DNA from: Saccostrea cucullata
Lineage: Eukaryota
Direction of reading: 5' to 3'
DNA: 64,000 bases
NCBI RefSeq assembly: GCF_032062105.1
Contig: NW_026935559.1
Span: 558,001-622,000 of the forward strand
The notes under the pieces are model-generated. The model did no database searches, had not been told where the DNA came from, and saw nothing but the letters and a program-made list of their open reading frames with translations. Below, piece after piece: positions 39,071 through 52,408 of the stretch (positions within the stretch are counted from its first letter, which is position 1; every line of letters begins with the position of its first letter). The position numbers were made by a program, and so were the translations under genes.

Positions 39071-40964
39071 TTAGCTTTTCCAAGACCAAAACCGAATCTG
39101 TAGACTTCTAAAAGCATCAAAAATTGGATAAGGTGTCATGGAGAGATAAGAATTTACTGCTGTAAACTTGTTACATCTGATACGTGCCTTTTTCATCATG
39201 GAATAAACGAAGAAGTTATACTAACCAATTCAGTAAGACAATAGTGGCCTTAAAATTTATATGAAAGACGTCAGTCATCATTTGACCGAACGAAAACAAT
39301 ACCATAGTTTCTAAAGAACATTTCATTGGGAAACGTCTTAGATTTAAGTCAGTTTTTCAACTTTCCTTGTAAGTTGATCTATATTGTATTCTATGTAAGT
39401 TGATCTATATTGTATTCTATGCACGAGAAAATCACACATAGTTTTTTTTTCAAGACAAGATGAAATTAGCATTATAAAAATACTTTGAGTATAAAAATTA
39501 ATTCTAGTTAATCTCCAATTACTTTTTTTTCAAATTGTAAGACCAGTTTATCATAAATAGAACAAAATATCGATAAACATCAAATATTTAATGCTTTCTA
39601 ATCATATTTGAATGGTATATGTTCCTTAAATGAAAGAACATTTGTCACTGTATATTTGCAATAGAAATAAATAATGGCTAGTTTTTTATGTACAGATATT
39701 TGTTTCCCATTAAAAGCGACAACTAAAAAACCGGAATTAATGTTTTTAAAGAATTGAAAAAATAAATCTTATTGAGAAGCTTTACTGTTATGCAAGTTAC
39801 TTGCAATTAAAAAAGAAAATGTACTATACATGTTTACCTTGAATCTAAATTACTAATAAACAGAAGAAAATGCGAAACAAACTCCCATGCATTTTCTCAT
39901 TTCATTTTTTGTCTGATTTCATTTTGTCATATAACGACAATATACTACATGTAGTTTCGTCAATAAATCAAGTATTTTATATGATGTAAAGCATTGACGA
40001 TGTAGACTTTTTAAATACTTACAAACACGATGGACTTCATATAATGTTCCAATAATACCTTTCGATCTGCAGTAAAAAAAAATTCAAACTGTTTTAGGAA
40101 ATCGTGACGAAAGAAATGTAGTCCCATTTAAAACAAGATTTAAATTTCTTCAAATCGTATTATTTGATATGTTAACACTTGGATATATATAATTAAACAC
40201 ACAAAAACATTCAAACTGACCTACCTTCTACCTGAATACTACGATTAAACAGCTTTATATTTGACAAGTAGGTTTAGAAAAGAATGATTTATTTATGATT
40301 TATTATGATAACGTTATTTTCAAATTCAAAATTCAAAATTTTAATTTTTTGTGTTCTTTTAGTCTAAGAATGCTTGAAAACTGAAGAAAGTTCATAAGCA
40401 GTATTTTTTTCTGTTTTGTTTGTTTTTAATGTTTGTTCATATACTTATTTTTTCTGTATTTTTTCTGTTTTGTACTAAAAAATGAAATATATATTTGGAA
40501 CTTCATTTAAAATTTTTTTTTCCTTCTTTACGAATTTCTTAAACATTTTTTGAGGAAAAATAATGACTAACTGCACTGCAGGTATTAAATGCTTTGAATC
40601 TCGTTTTTAACCCACAGAGCTTGGGTAAATACAAGAAAATTTAAAGCATGTTCACCGACTTGTTAATTCCATTCTGTTGCACCATTTAAATGACAGTATT
40701 TATATAAAAAATTTAGAAATGTTGTATACATTAAGCATTTTTGAGTTTAAAATGTGTGTCCACTTTACAAAAATATACAAAAAGGTCCAGTGGTCCTGTT
40801 TTTCTAATGAAATGAATCGTGACTCGTATGTTGGTCTAACTAATAAACCTTCCAGGTACCTTGCAGGTATTAAGAAATCAAATGGCCTACCCTATTATTA
40901 GGAACTCACGATTTTTATGTAATGAGGTATGCTGGAGTGGAACTGAGAGGTTACTAATTGAGGA

Positions 40965-41064
40965 GCAGCAGCGTTTTTCGTCACAGTGGTCTCCTCTCTG
41001 AGCTAGTCTGAGGGGTCATTCTTGGACTTCTTCTGTCTTTTGGGCTGCTGCAATTTTAACCAAG
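40965..41064 (+). other. Probable non-coding first exon of orphan gene B
   Basis: Strong donor CAAG|GTAAAG at 41064/41065; shares CTCTGAGCT..GAGG with exon 1 of gene A. Confidence 0.5.
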
Positions 41065-41182
41065 GTAAAGGGTTTAATTATTTTACTATAGAAAGATCAT
41101 TAACTACCGGCAGGTCCTGGAATGTCAATTTTGCATAATTTAATTCGATGCACAATTTATGATAGCAACAGTTTTGAAACAA

Positions 41183-41185
<3 letters not shown>

Positions 41186-41260
<75 letters not shown>
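41186..41260. repeat. (TA)n microsatellite
   Basis: Direct reading. Confidence 0.98.
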
Positions 41261-41261
<1 letters not shown>

Positions 41262-41479
41262 GAAAAAAAATTGGTTTCTAGATTATGATAAGCATCGGAT
41301 TGTAAGATAACTGATAAATTAATTAGTAAAGTAACAATTAATCCCGCATTGTGCAAATGGAAAATAACGCTCAGCTAATCTTTTCAACGTTGTCTGAAAT
41401 CAAAACTGGTTTGAAAATCACCATTGTGCAATTATATACAAGGTTTGTGATTTTTTTATTATAACAATACGTGTGTGGT

Positions 41480-41620
41480 NNNNNNNNNNNNNNNNNNNNN
41501 NNNNNNNNNNNNNNNNNNNNNNNNNNNNNNNNNNNNNNNNNNNNNNNNNNNNNNNNNNNNNNNNNNNNNNNNNNNNNNNNNNNNNNNNNNNNNNNNNNNN
41601 NNNNNNNNNNNNNNNNNNNN
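41480..41620. other. Assembly gap (N run)
   Basis: Run of n characters. Confidence 1.
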
Positions 41621-43046
41621 CATCAAAAAATTAATAAAACAGCTTTAATTTCTTGATTTTTTTTTTAAATAATTGTTTTCCAAATGTTTCTTAATAAATA
41701 AGATATTCAAGACAATGTTCTGAACACAACAATTTCGTTCTGTAAGATAGGCTGATAAAATTAATTAGATAGTGAAGTATCAATTGATTCCACAATATGC
41801 CAATGGAAATAATTCTCAAAACTGATTTTTTTAATTATCAGTGTAAGGTTGATTCTATGAATAACGTCATTGTGTTAGAAGAAAAGGACACTTTCAACTG
41901 ATTAAAGACGAAATAAATTAAATTGAATGACAAACGTGATGACTTACATATTCCCTTATTTATGAAGCATTTTTTTGTATCTAGATGTTTTTGATTGATC
42001 GCTGTTAATGTTAAATTATTCTTTTTCACTGAAAAAAAAAATAAACAAATCGGCATTTTTAATGTTTGTACAACCATTTTGTTTCATCAAACTAAACAAA
42101 TAATCAAAGTTGAAAAAAAATTTCAACAACCGATAAAAAAAAAATTTTTGTTTGAAAAAAGATAAATTGATTATTATATCATTATTTAACACTTCCAAAA
42201 GTTAGGTGAATGTATATCATTTTTTTGCATTTCAAGGAAAAGTATACTATTTGCTAATTATAAAGACGATGAGAGCCATTTAGAAATTAGGATTTATGAC
42301 AAATATGATTACAGAATCATATTCCCTTATTTATATATTCTTTTGTTTGATGTTTTGATTGATCACTGTTAATGTTAAATAATCCTTTTTCATTGAAAAA
42401 TAAACAAATCGGCATTTTTAAAGTTTGTTCTACGGTTTGCATTCATTGAACTAAACAAACAATCAATTAAAAAAATAAAAACGATAAAAATAGATAAATA
42501 AATAAGATAAATTGCATGCTAATAAAATGTGTAATATTAGAGTTAGATGAGTGTTTTTTTTTATTTAGAGACGTGTTTGTAATAATATAATGAAACAATA
42601 AACCTTCGCGATTCACAAATATTTACAGAATTTTAATCCAGTATATATACTCATTTGTTTGAAATTTTTGTTTTTCTCCCTTCCTACAGGGTTTTAAAGA
42701 TTTTACTTGACGTTAAACGTAGATCGAATTAATATATTAGCTAACCAAAGAGTACAATTTTGCTTTAAATCCTTTGTAATATTTACAAACCTACACCTGA
42801 ACCTCAAACAGCTATATTAATTGCAATGACCCATTAGATTACCAAAAAAATATATATATATTGAAGGAATGACGTGATTAGTACGTAATAGAGCACAAAC
42901 CATGTGTACACTTTCAACACCTATTTTTGTACATAATTGATCCATTTTTTATTTTATTAATTGTTCCCTTAACATGGGCTTTCATAGTCTTGAAAAAAAA
43001 GCCTAGTAATTGGGGAAAAAAAGAATTTCTTTTTTTTTACTTCCAG

Positions 43047-43761
43047 ATGCGTAGCTTGATTCTGCTTGCATTCATTGGTGTGTTCACAGCGCAAGTTTTC
43101 TCCCAACGCGTTGGTATGCTTTACATCTATTAAAGAATGCAATAGTGTGATTTTATATCTATCATAGAATGCAATAGTGTGATTTGCTGTTTATCTTTCT
43201 TTCGTGTATGCTTAAACAAATCTAACAAACCAAAATACTAAGAAATCCTGTAACATTTTATATGTGTATTAACATAATTATAAAATTTGAAATTCAAAGG
43301 TAATGTTGATAAAACCTTACCACCTAAAGATGGAGCAATAAGCAGAAGACCGAAAGTGGATGACAAAACTAAAGGACCCGGAGACGGAGGAATAACAAGA
43401 CCAGTTGTCAATGTCAGAACGAGGCAACCAGGAGGGGTAACAAGAGGACCGGAAGTTGGAGATAGAACCAAGGGACCACGAAATGGTAGAGTTACGAGGA
43501 GACCTAAAAATGATGACAAGAAAAGGAAACCAAAGAAATTTATCAAAAAGATCAAGGGAGGTAAGTCTATTTAAAAAAGTGTTGCAGTTAGTGAGATATC
43601 CCAACATTTTTTTTCATTGTTAAATAATGCTTTTAACCTTTATCTCTTTAATAGGTAAAGGACTTGGAAATATGAAAAAAATGAAGCAGAGGTTTACAAG
43701 AAAAATGAAATCCTTCATGAAGATGAAGAAAGGCATGTTCAGGAAACAGAAACAAAATTAA
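43047..43761 (+). CDS. Orphan secreted protein B, 144 aa (exons 43047-43113, 43300-43560, 43655-43761), paralog of gene A
   Basis: Signal peptide MRSLILLAFIGVFTAQVFS; four ~17-aa repeats (D[K/R]TKGP.DG.[I/V]TR.P); Lys/Met-rich tail. Same exon and phase layout as gene A; AATAAA at 43877. Confidence 0.87.
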
Positions 43762-44084
43762 ACCAAGTGAACACAAGATTTAGAGTATATGCCTTACAGA
43801 ACGTCTTCCAACGCACTTACCCTTTCTCCATGCAAAAATGTTTTTTAAAGCTATCAAAATCAGTTACTAATTTGAAAATAAAACAAAATATTTCATTTGT
43901 TTTTATTTTTTTATTCATATTAAAATTTATTTGCTATTAAAATCAAAAGTATATAGAATCTGAGTATATTTGCTATAGCATTTTTGAAATACGATTGATG
44001 TTGAATTCGATAGACACCTTATTTGATTTTCATCTCGTACATGTAATCAGTGTACCTAGCTCATACATTCTTTAGAGTCATCGA

Positions 44085-44810
44085 ATGAACGATGGCGACA
44101 ATGAACAGCAGATCGGAAGTAAACATACTTCTAAAATCATCATGATCAGAGATGGGATCAGGTGCAATGAAAGAAGCAAGCATCTCCTGTGGACCGATCA
44201 CACTAGCCATGTTCTCCTAACCATGATCAGACAAACGGAGAGGTCCTTGAATGTGAAAAATGTTAGTCACATTCTGTAGTCACATAATGATGGTTATACG
44301 ATTCATATTTGCTGATAATTAAGGCCATCTTATCGACCATGAAACTTGGAAAATGTTGATTTCAAACCGCGTGGCGCAGTGGTTAGAACGTCTTCTCTAG
44401 AGTCGCAAAGTAAGAGTTGATCATTACGTTGCGGGTTGAATCCCACAGTGGGGCGAGGAGACCGGTCCTTCATATGAGACCGTATAAACAGAGGTCGCTT
44501 GCTGCAATAGGTGCTGGCACGAAAAAGATTCCTCTCAGCTCAGTGGCCCTGAGTGCCGAGTATAGGACAGAATTTGTAGTTCTCAACCGGGCAAGTGGTG
44601 GCGTCTCCATATGAGTGAAAAAATCTTGAGGGGGACGTTAAACAACATATCTATGCAAACAAACAAAATCAAACAAGAATTAAGATGTTGGTGTCCTTGT
44701 TTCATATATTTAATAGATTTGTTCGTTAATAGCTATAGCTATCATTGCTTTAGATATTGTTCGTACGTAGAACATCCTCTTGCGTATCAAATCATCTGGA
44801 AAACAATACC
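44085..44810 (-). mobile_element. Degenerate Penelope-like 3' fragment interrupted by a SINE
   Basis: Tail GATGGGATCAGGTGC..GCAAGCATCTCCTG at 44151-44190; RT-end similarity resumes after 44680. Confidence 0.65.
44367..44668 (+). mobile_element. tRNA-derived SINE
   Basis: A-box GTGGCGCAGTGG, B-box-like GGTTGAATCCC, body, and 3' GGGACGTTAAACAAC...(CAAA)n tail. Confidence 0.8.
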
Positions 44811-44974
44811 AGTAACTCCATAATTATGCATGTAAAAAGGGGATATTGCAATGTTAACTTTTACATCAATTTATTTCTCTCATTAGTTACAACTAATAAG
44901 AGAAAGAAATTGACGATGAAAAGGTTTAAAGCACAAGTTTATCATGAAGTTCTGTTAGGTTGCCATTCGAAAAA

Positions 44975-45148
44975 TGATTGATTGATTGCTTATGTTGTTT
45001 ACGGTCCCTCTCGAGAATTTTTCACTCATAAGGAGACTCCAACATTTGCCACTGGTGGAGAGTTGCAAAACAGTGGAATCAACTCCTTACTTTACGGGCT
45101 GCGACTTTACGACTCTAGAGCAGACGCTAACCACTGCGCCACGCGGGT
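44975..45148 (-). mobile_element. Internally deleted copy of the same SINE, inverted
   Basis: Reverse complement reads CCGCGTGGCGCAGTGGTTAGCGTCTGCTCTAGAGTCG at the head, with a (CAAT)n tail. Confidence 0.78.
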
Positions 45149-45304
45149 GACCATAGAGTGGGAAAAAAAAGATTTTACAAATGATCATCGACAAGCATAG
45201 AAAATTTACGAGCTCTATTCTAATTAATAATCATGACCTTTTTTCAACATGTAAGTTTTAAAACATTTCAAAGTAACACGACACCAGCTTTTCGGAACCT
45301 TATA

Positions 45305-46660
45305 CGAGGGCTGTTCAATAAATAATGTCCTGAGTTCTATGACATAGAACATAGAAATCATATGGCATTAAGCTTGACTTTTTCTAATGATTGAATCTTT
45401 GATGAACTGATAACAGTTCATGTGACCACTTTTCATCTGATAGTTTCATTGTGAGAAGCTGGAAAACATGGGTTAATCGAGAAGTGCATTAATAAATGAA
45501 TGGTAGAGAATCCGTAAACTAGAGTGAAATTAAACGCTTCATTAAAGCTCTGGCCAGTAAAACTCGTTAAGAATCCCAATTAAAGAAATATTCACTGAAA
45601 TATGTGAAATATACAACAACCAATGTCTGTTTTATAGACACAAGAGCAGGTGAATTTTAATGAACAAAAATGCTGTAATGGGCTTCAAAAATTGGTACCG
45701 TCCTTGGCGACAAGGGCTTACAACAACCAATGTATTGTTTGCCAAAAATTAAACAAATTATCAATGATGATGTTTGATTGACTTTAAGACACCTAGCAAA
45801 ATTGAAAAGCTTTATTTTGGGGGTAGTTTACACTGTTTTGAAGAAACGTTTGACAGTAAAAAAGCTTAGTATTCAATGGTCACCCTATGTTTTAAAAATG
45901 AGTGAAAACGAATGCGTGTAAGAATATCTCAACAATTATTTTAATAATCAAGAAAAATCAAGAATTTTAGTTATCCATGTTTGTCTGAAATTAAAACATA
46001 TAATGAAACTTGAATCCATTGCTATAAACCCTCAAAACAAATTTACAATAAGATGCACTTGACAAAAACAGCCAAAGTCTGAAAAGAGCAAAGCATTGCA
46101 AAAGCACAGAAACAGACAGCAATTTTCTTAAATAGTATTGGTCTTGTTGTTCAAATTCTTTTTCGGAGAGGCAGTTCAATTTCTGGAGAATTATACTAAG
46201 CAAATTTTTGCCAAAAAAAAAAAAAAAATCAAAAGATTTATGAGAGGATCAAAAACCAGAATCAGGAATCAACTACATTAATTTTTTTCGTGATAACGTC
46301 CAAGCACACACGCCATGAAGAGTAAAGGAGTTTTGGGGATAAACAGATAGTTGATGTTTTGTCACACCAACAATATTCGCCAGATCTTTCATCTTTGATT
46401 TGTTTCATTTTCCAAACTTGAAAAATACCTTTCAGAAAGGAGAAACAAGTCCAGGAAATCACAGGATCTGCCACATTCCAGTATACGAAGGGCCATACTT
46501 AAAAATATGTTCTAAAACAATCAGAAATTGGATAAAATGTTACGGACATGCATTTTAATCAAAAGAGAATATCTGAGTGAAATCATTAAGACTAAATCAT
46601 TGAAAAGCGGTTTTGGTTTGTTTCCGAGCACCGAGGACATTATTTATTGAACATCCCCCG
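45305..46660 (+). mobile_element. Full-length (1356 bp) decayed mariner transposon
   Basis: TIRs CGAGGGCTGTTCAATAAATAATGTCCT / AGGACATTATTTATTGAACATCCCCCG with TA duplication; transposase remnants WSPYVL (WVPHEL-like), RDNVQAH and HQQYSPDLS (YSPDL). Confidence 0.93.
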
Positions 46661-46779
46661 TATATGCACAAATTCGATGTCTTGAGCGGTCATTCCTTCA
46701 AACAATACAAAAATTGACATTGCAAGCATGTCAAACGAAGAATAATTATTGATAAATACTAGAAGCATCGTACTTATGA

Positions 46780-46814
<35 letters not shown>
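46780..46814. repeat. (TAAG)n microsatellite
   Basis: Direct reading. Confidence 0.95.
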
Positions 46815-47689
46815 TCATTTATTATAGTGACATTGTGCATATAGACATTTCTATAAACATTATAAACAAAATACGTCAGACTGAATTTGCACCCGGCCCA
46901 CTGGACCTATAAGTCACTTTTTCCATTAATTACATTTATATAAATTTACACATGCAGAAGATTCTTTCTATGGTTAAATGCTGTATGGACAAATTTGGCT
47001 AATTTTATCTGGTAATTTTGGTTTAAAATTTTAAACAAATAATCATAAGATGTGATCAAGATTAGACCTTTTATTAAAATTTGGTTGACATTTATCCAGA
47101 AACGATCTGAGAATGTCGCGTCCGGTTGGAGGTGGCGGGTTTCCACTTTTCATAATTAATGGCGTCAGTTTGAACTCTGGACATTTTCTCGGCATGTCAA
47201 ATACCAAAATCGTGAAAAACGACTGGAAAACATAAAAAATGTATAATGGTACAAACAGCAGTCATGCTCAAAGGCCCATTGAAACGATAAAAATTATAAT
47301 AAAACAAAGACGGACCTCTAGAAAACTCAAAGGTGGGAACAGGTGCCATAAAGAAGTACCGTATTCCTCTGTCGACCAGTCACATCCGTATGCATATAAA
47401 TTAAAAACTGTATTCAATGTGAATATATATACAGCCTTAACAATTTCTATAGAAAACGACAGTCTTCATATGTCTGAATAGCAGACTGAAGTGCACTCAC
47501 TGACTTTTACATGTGCGCAAATTTTATTCTTGCGTGATGTGTAAATATAATTTCTGCGATGCGTCTACATATATACACTCTCAATTCAAAGTATTTTGTA
47601 AATGCTATGACAAAATAATTGTTGATATTCAACTCAATATTCTTCCCACATACTGAAAATTAAGAACTCTACCATTTCTTGCTTATCTT

Positions 47690-47855
47690 GACATAATCAT
47701 GACAAGGACCACACGGCGGCTATGGTCGGCCGACAGGGGATGCTCACTCCTCTAAGGCACCTGCTCCCACCTATGATGTTTTGGAGGTCTTTGTTTGTTC
47801 TGCTCGCGATTTGTATTGTTTTGGTGGACCTACGAGATTGATTGCTGTTCATTAT
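47690..47855 (+). mobile_element. Penelope-like element 3' tail only (a shorter inverted remnant is at ~47280-47390)
   Basis: CACGGCGGC..GGTCGGCCGACAGGGGATGCTCACTCCTCTAAGGCACCTGCTCCCACCT. Confidence 0.75.
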
Positions 47856-49054
47856 TTATAAAAGATCATATTGTTTTATAAGAGAAAAAATATTTTGATG
47901 AGTCATGATCAGGGGAAAAGTATGAATCAGGCCCTATCTTTGCCAAATTAACTGAATAGAAAGAATATACATGTATTATATGAATAATAAAGATACAAAT
48001 AGGGTTGAGAAACTTTAAAACAATTTATTTTGAGAATCCAAAAAAAAAATTAAAAATTGGGAAGATTTTTTCCTCAATTGACCTGATCCCACCTCTGATA
48101 AATTTGAAAATGGACTTATCATGAGTTTTTGAAAATTAATTATCTCCATATTTCATCAAATATGTTACTTTCATTGATTGAACTTAATGAACTTAATATC
48201 TAATATTAAAAGATTCTTTAATGAAATTAAGGTGGCTCATATTTTCTCAAAATAATTTCAGTATTTGTGTTCTTGTGTAAATCTTGCCAAGCGTTCACGA
48301 ATTAGGACTTTTATTGTCATCTCCCTCGGGAGATGACACATTAAGATTGTATGCCGGAAGTGAAGTCCTAGTGTAGGCCTCCATTAATCTCTCGAGAGTC
48401 CTCGATGTTTTACATAGTTCCAAGTAGCCTGTAAACTGGTTTTCTTTTAGAAGAACTAGCTTAGGAGTGTGTGATCTACTTTTGGTTTAGGCCTATTTGA
48501 AAGCCAAGGAAAATTTAGAAAAGAAGTACGATGCTTATAAATATCTCTAGTTTCGGTGTGTCTTATATACATTGATCCTCAGTACTATGCCTTATTAAAT
48601 GGGTAAGCCACACAAGGAGAATTGACAATGACGCGATTTCTATATATAGATTTGTTGACGGGAAGCGAAAACTGGTTCTCGCACAAAAGAACAAGCTTAC
48701 AAGTAGATTCTGCAAGATAATGCCGTTCAGGTCATACAGTGTATGTTTTATAGACTAGAATTCAAAATGTAAAGTATAAAATTATACACTTCTATTATTA
48801 TAACCTTTTAAATATCTTATTATAAATGCACTGATTCAAATATGAAATATGATCAGTCAGGACATTATACAGTAAATCTACGTTAATTGTCAGGACAATT
48901 GATTTTAACACCTCTATAACAAAGAATAATTTCATTTCAGTTGAAAACAATTTACGTTTTTAGTTTAGAGAAATATATAAAGTTATTTTCAAAATAGTTG
49001 GGCATTTAGCTGTTTAGTAGAAATAATCGGTCGAGTCTGAAGTATAGACATGGT

Positions 49055-50042
49055 TGCATGGTCAGGTCTTTACTTCAGAAATGATCGGTGAGGTCTTTGG
49101 TAGAAATGGTCAGTCAGGTCAACGAGGTTATTCACATCAAGACAATCATATGGTTAATATAATATTCAAAAAAGATAGCTATCATTAATTATTTCTATTT
49201 GGTCAGGTCATTTCATATTTGGTCAGGTCATTTCTTTAATTATATTTGGTCAGGTCATTAAATTTAAATTTCATGATCATGATGATATACTGGGAAAACT
49301 GTTTCTAGAAGCATTTAAATTTTACCAAAAGTAATAAACATCATAATGAAGAATATTTTCTAAAATGTATCTAATATTTAAAAAAAAAGAAGCTATTATC
49401 AATGATTTTTATTCGGTCAGGCCATTTCATTTTTGGTCAGGTCATTTCATATTACCGGTCAGGTCATTAAAATTCCTTGTTATAAGCTAATAATTGAGGT
49501 AAAAAATGATTCTAAAACAATTTTATCCAAAGTTTTAGCCATTATAATGAGGATAATTCTGTAAAACTTATCAAATATTTAAAAGATATAACTATTATTG
49601 ATGATTTTGGTTTTGGTCAGGTCAATTCATATTTGGTCAGGTCATTTCATATTAGGTCAGGTCATTAAAATTCCATGATATAAAATAACACTTGAGGTAA
49701 AAATGATTCTAAAACCATTTTATCCAAAGCATTAACCATTACAATGAAGAAAATTTTTAAAAACTTATCAAATATTTAAAAAATATAACTATTATTGATG
49801 ATTCTGGTTTTGGTCAGGTCAATTCATATTTGGTCAGGTCATTACATTTCCATGAAATGAACAGATAAATAACAACAAATATGGTGAAAATGTGTATATT
49901 AATAATTATTTAACTTAATTTTATATTATTATCAAGAAAATATTCTAAAAAATATGATAATTGGTCTTATAATAGTGATTTTGACGAATTTTATGTTGGT
50001 CAGGTCAGTCAGGTCTTTAGTAGGTCAGGTCTTTAGTATCTC
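49055..50042. repeat. Satellite with GGTCAGGTCA motif clusters in ~190-230 bp higher-order units
   Basis: Clusters of 2-3 TTTGGTCAGGTCATT(TCATA) at ~49200-49260, 49413-49468, 49614-49666 and 49811-49842. Confidence 0.85.
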
Positions 50043-52189
50043 CCAGAGATAACTCTATTGTGAAAATCACCACATCACAATTGATACCAAAGAGATGACA
50101 TTTCAGGCTTTCTGGAAAGCCAAACTTGTACTTTTTATTAAAAAGATAATTAAAAGAGAAAGATGGATTATAAATAAAAAGGATTTATAATCAGCTACCA
50201 GTATCATAGATATTTGAAAATTATTTAGTTCGCGCCAATGTAGGAAGTTATTAATAGTAACAGAACTGGTCAAACCGGAAATGGTCATTGACAATTAAGG
50301 ACATCACAACTTGAAAAAAAAAACATAAACATATACACGTGGACTACACGTGCACATGCATTCACCACACGCCAAAACAAGTACGCACAATAAAAATAAT
50401 TAAAACATGGCTGGTTGATTGCATTTGTTACGGGATTTTTAGTGGGCATTTAAATTGTTATATATTGTTGTTTTATATGTATTTACGTACATTCACTTAT
50501 TTTCTTTAATAATAAAGGAACCAATACCCATTAATCAATCAATTGATCTCTAAACTAGTTAGAACTGGTTTTTAAAGCCCTATACACTGTATGTACATAT
50601 GACAGGTGGGTTTTCATAAACAACTGAATCAACAAAACAAACATGTTTATCAGGAATCCCCCTATACTATTATCATAATGAGGACTAATTCATGAACATG
50701 AGACTTACACATATTTTAAAGAAAATAGAATTTGTGATTTTTAATTGACGCAATTTAAATTTAAACTTAAAAATCACAAAAAAACATAGCTCAACGTTTG
50801 GTTTTTATGAGACGACCTAAGATGGTTGGGTCAATCAGGACATTAACCTCATCGGGGCATTATACCTTGCCTGGTATACGGTAAATCTAGTACCACGCAT
50901 CATCCGGATTTCGGATAAAATAGCTTTCATACTGCTCAGAATTAATTGCTATTGAATTAAATGCACAAACTTCGACCAACAAATCAATGATACGTAAACT
51001 GGTTAAATGCATTTTGAAATTTACAAAACTCCTGACCTTTTTAGACGGGGTCACGTGACCCCGTCTATTAGTTTACTGTCAGAGACCCTCAAAAAGGAAG
51101 CCGTGGTGATAACACATGATTTAAAACGCTATATGAAAGAGTGCAGAAATTGTTTTGATCAAAATATAAAATTTTGTATCAAACTGAAGAAAGTGATATG
51201 AACTTATTTCTAAATCAAATTAATGAAGCATTTTTTAAATGTAAACTCAAAATATTAATTGTAAAACACCTTAAACAAAGTACTCTCTTGCGTAGTATTA
51301 CGACTGCGTACGTATGCATCAACCATTGGTTACTTCCGGAGAAATATTAGTTCGGACCATGTGAAATTCGGACAATTTAACAAGGTTTCTAGACTTAGCA
51401 ATTATAGAAATTTCTACTTCAAATTAAATGAAAAAAATGCGATTTTATATTATTCATGATTTTGTTTTTAGCTTGTTAATAAAATTTTTTTTATCAAAAC
51501 TCGTTACAAAAATCACATTTGTGAAATCTAGCATGAAAATGATTTTGACCCAGTCTTTCAGTACTGTCTCAGTATTTTGATTTTTTTTTGCGTTTAATTA
51601 AGCCTTCCCATAATCCATACAGTGACGTTAAAACTGACAAATTCTTCGAGACTAGCTATTTCCCATACAAAGCACGTAGTATCATATATAAATTACATGT
51701 ATTATACACCTTTAAGAATGCAAAAGACAATCTTCTTTTTATTTTATACACAATATGCGTATTTCAGTATGATCTAGACATTTGTCAAGTGTGTGGGCAG
51801 CTAGTTTTTGATAAATTAAATTTTATAACAAATAAATGCATGCGCGAAGAACAAGACTGACAAATGGACACTCTCCTTGTTATTTAAATTTAGTTCTAAC
51901 AGACTTTAAATCCTGACCAGGAAAAACTATGTAGATAAAATATTTGAGAAAAATACATGTATGGAAACATCTTTCTAAGCAAAAGTGAAAATTGTACTAA
52001 GTACAATACTTAACTATATATCATCCCATGATGGTATTGTCTACAGGGATGAATATCGGATTTATTTATAATAAAAAAAAATTATTTAATTATATTGTTT
52101 ACAAAACAAAAAATAAGCGCTTCGTGCGTTACGTAAAAATGGATTAGAATGACGTAGAGTGGCCTTACAAATGTAACTTTACGACACTG

Positions 52190-52408
52190 GGGCCCGTTTT
52201 ACAAAAGAACTAACGACTAAGACCAAAATTTATTCTGCTTGTAACTTTCATATTTGCATGAAACTGAAAATGGGTTTGAACTTTTTAAAAGGAATGTAGA
52301 GAGATATTTTCATGATGGTAATGTTAAACTCAATCATTAATTCTGCAAAATTTTACAATCAACTAAATTTTTTGGTCGTAGTCGTAAGTTCTTTTGTAAA
52401 ACGGGCCC
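52190..52408. mobile_element. PIF/Harbinger-type MITE
   Basis: ~40-bp TIRs GGGCCCGTTTTACAAAAGAACT...; 3-bp duplication CTG at 52187-52189 and 52409-52411. Confidence 0.88.

Noticed and set aside
41078-41356. ORFs with YI or ER dipeptide runs (also 22205-22420 and 46640-46840)
   Set aside because: Translations of (TA)n, (AG)n and (TAAG)n microsatellites.
44367-44450. tRNA gene (also ~53905-53985 and ~54770-55440)
   Set aside because: A/B boxes are present but there is no intact cloverleaf; these are SINE heads with bodies, tails or insertions.
48227-48700. Kolobok-like element starting TTAAGGTGGCTCA
   Set aside because: No matching right terminus or target-site duplication could be located.
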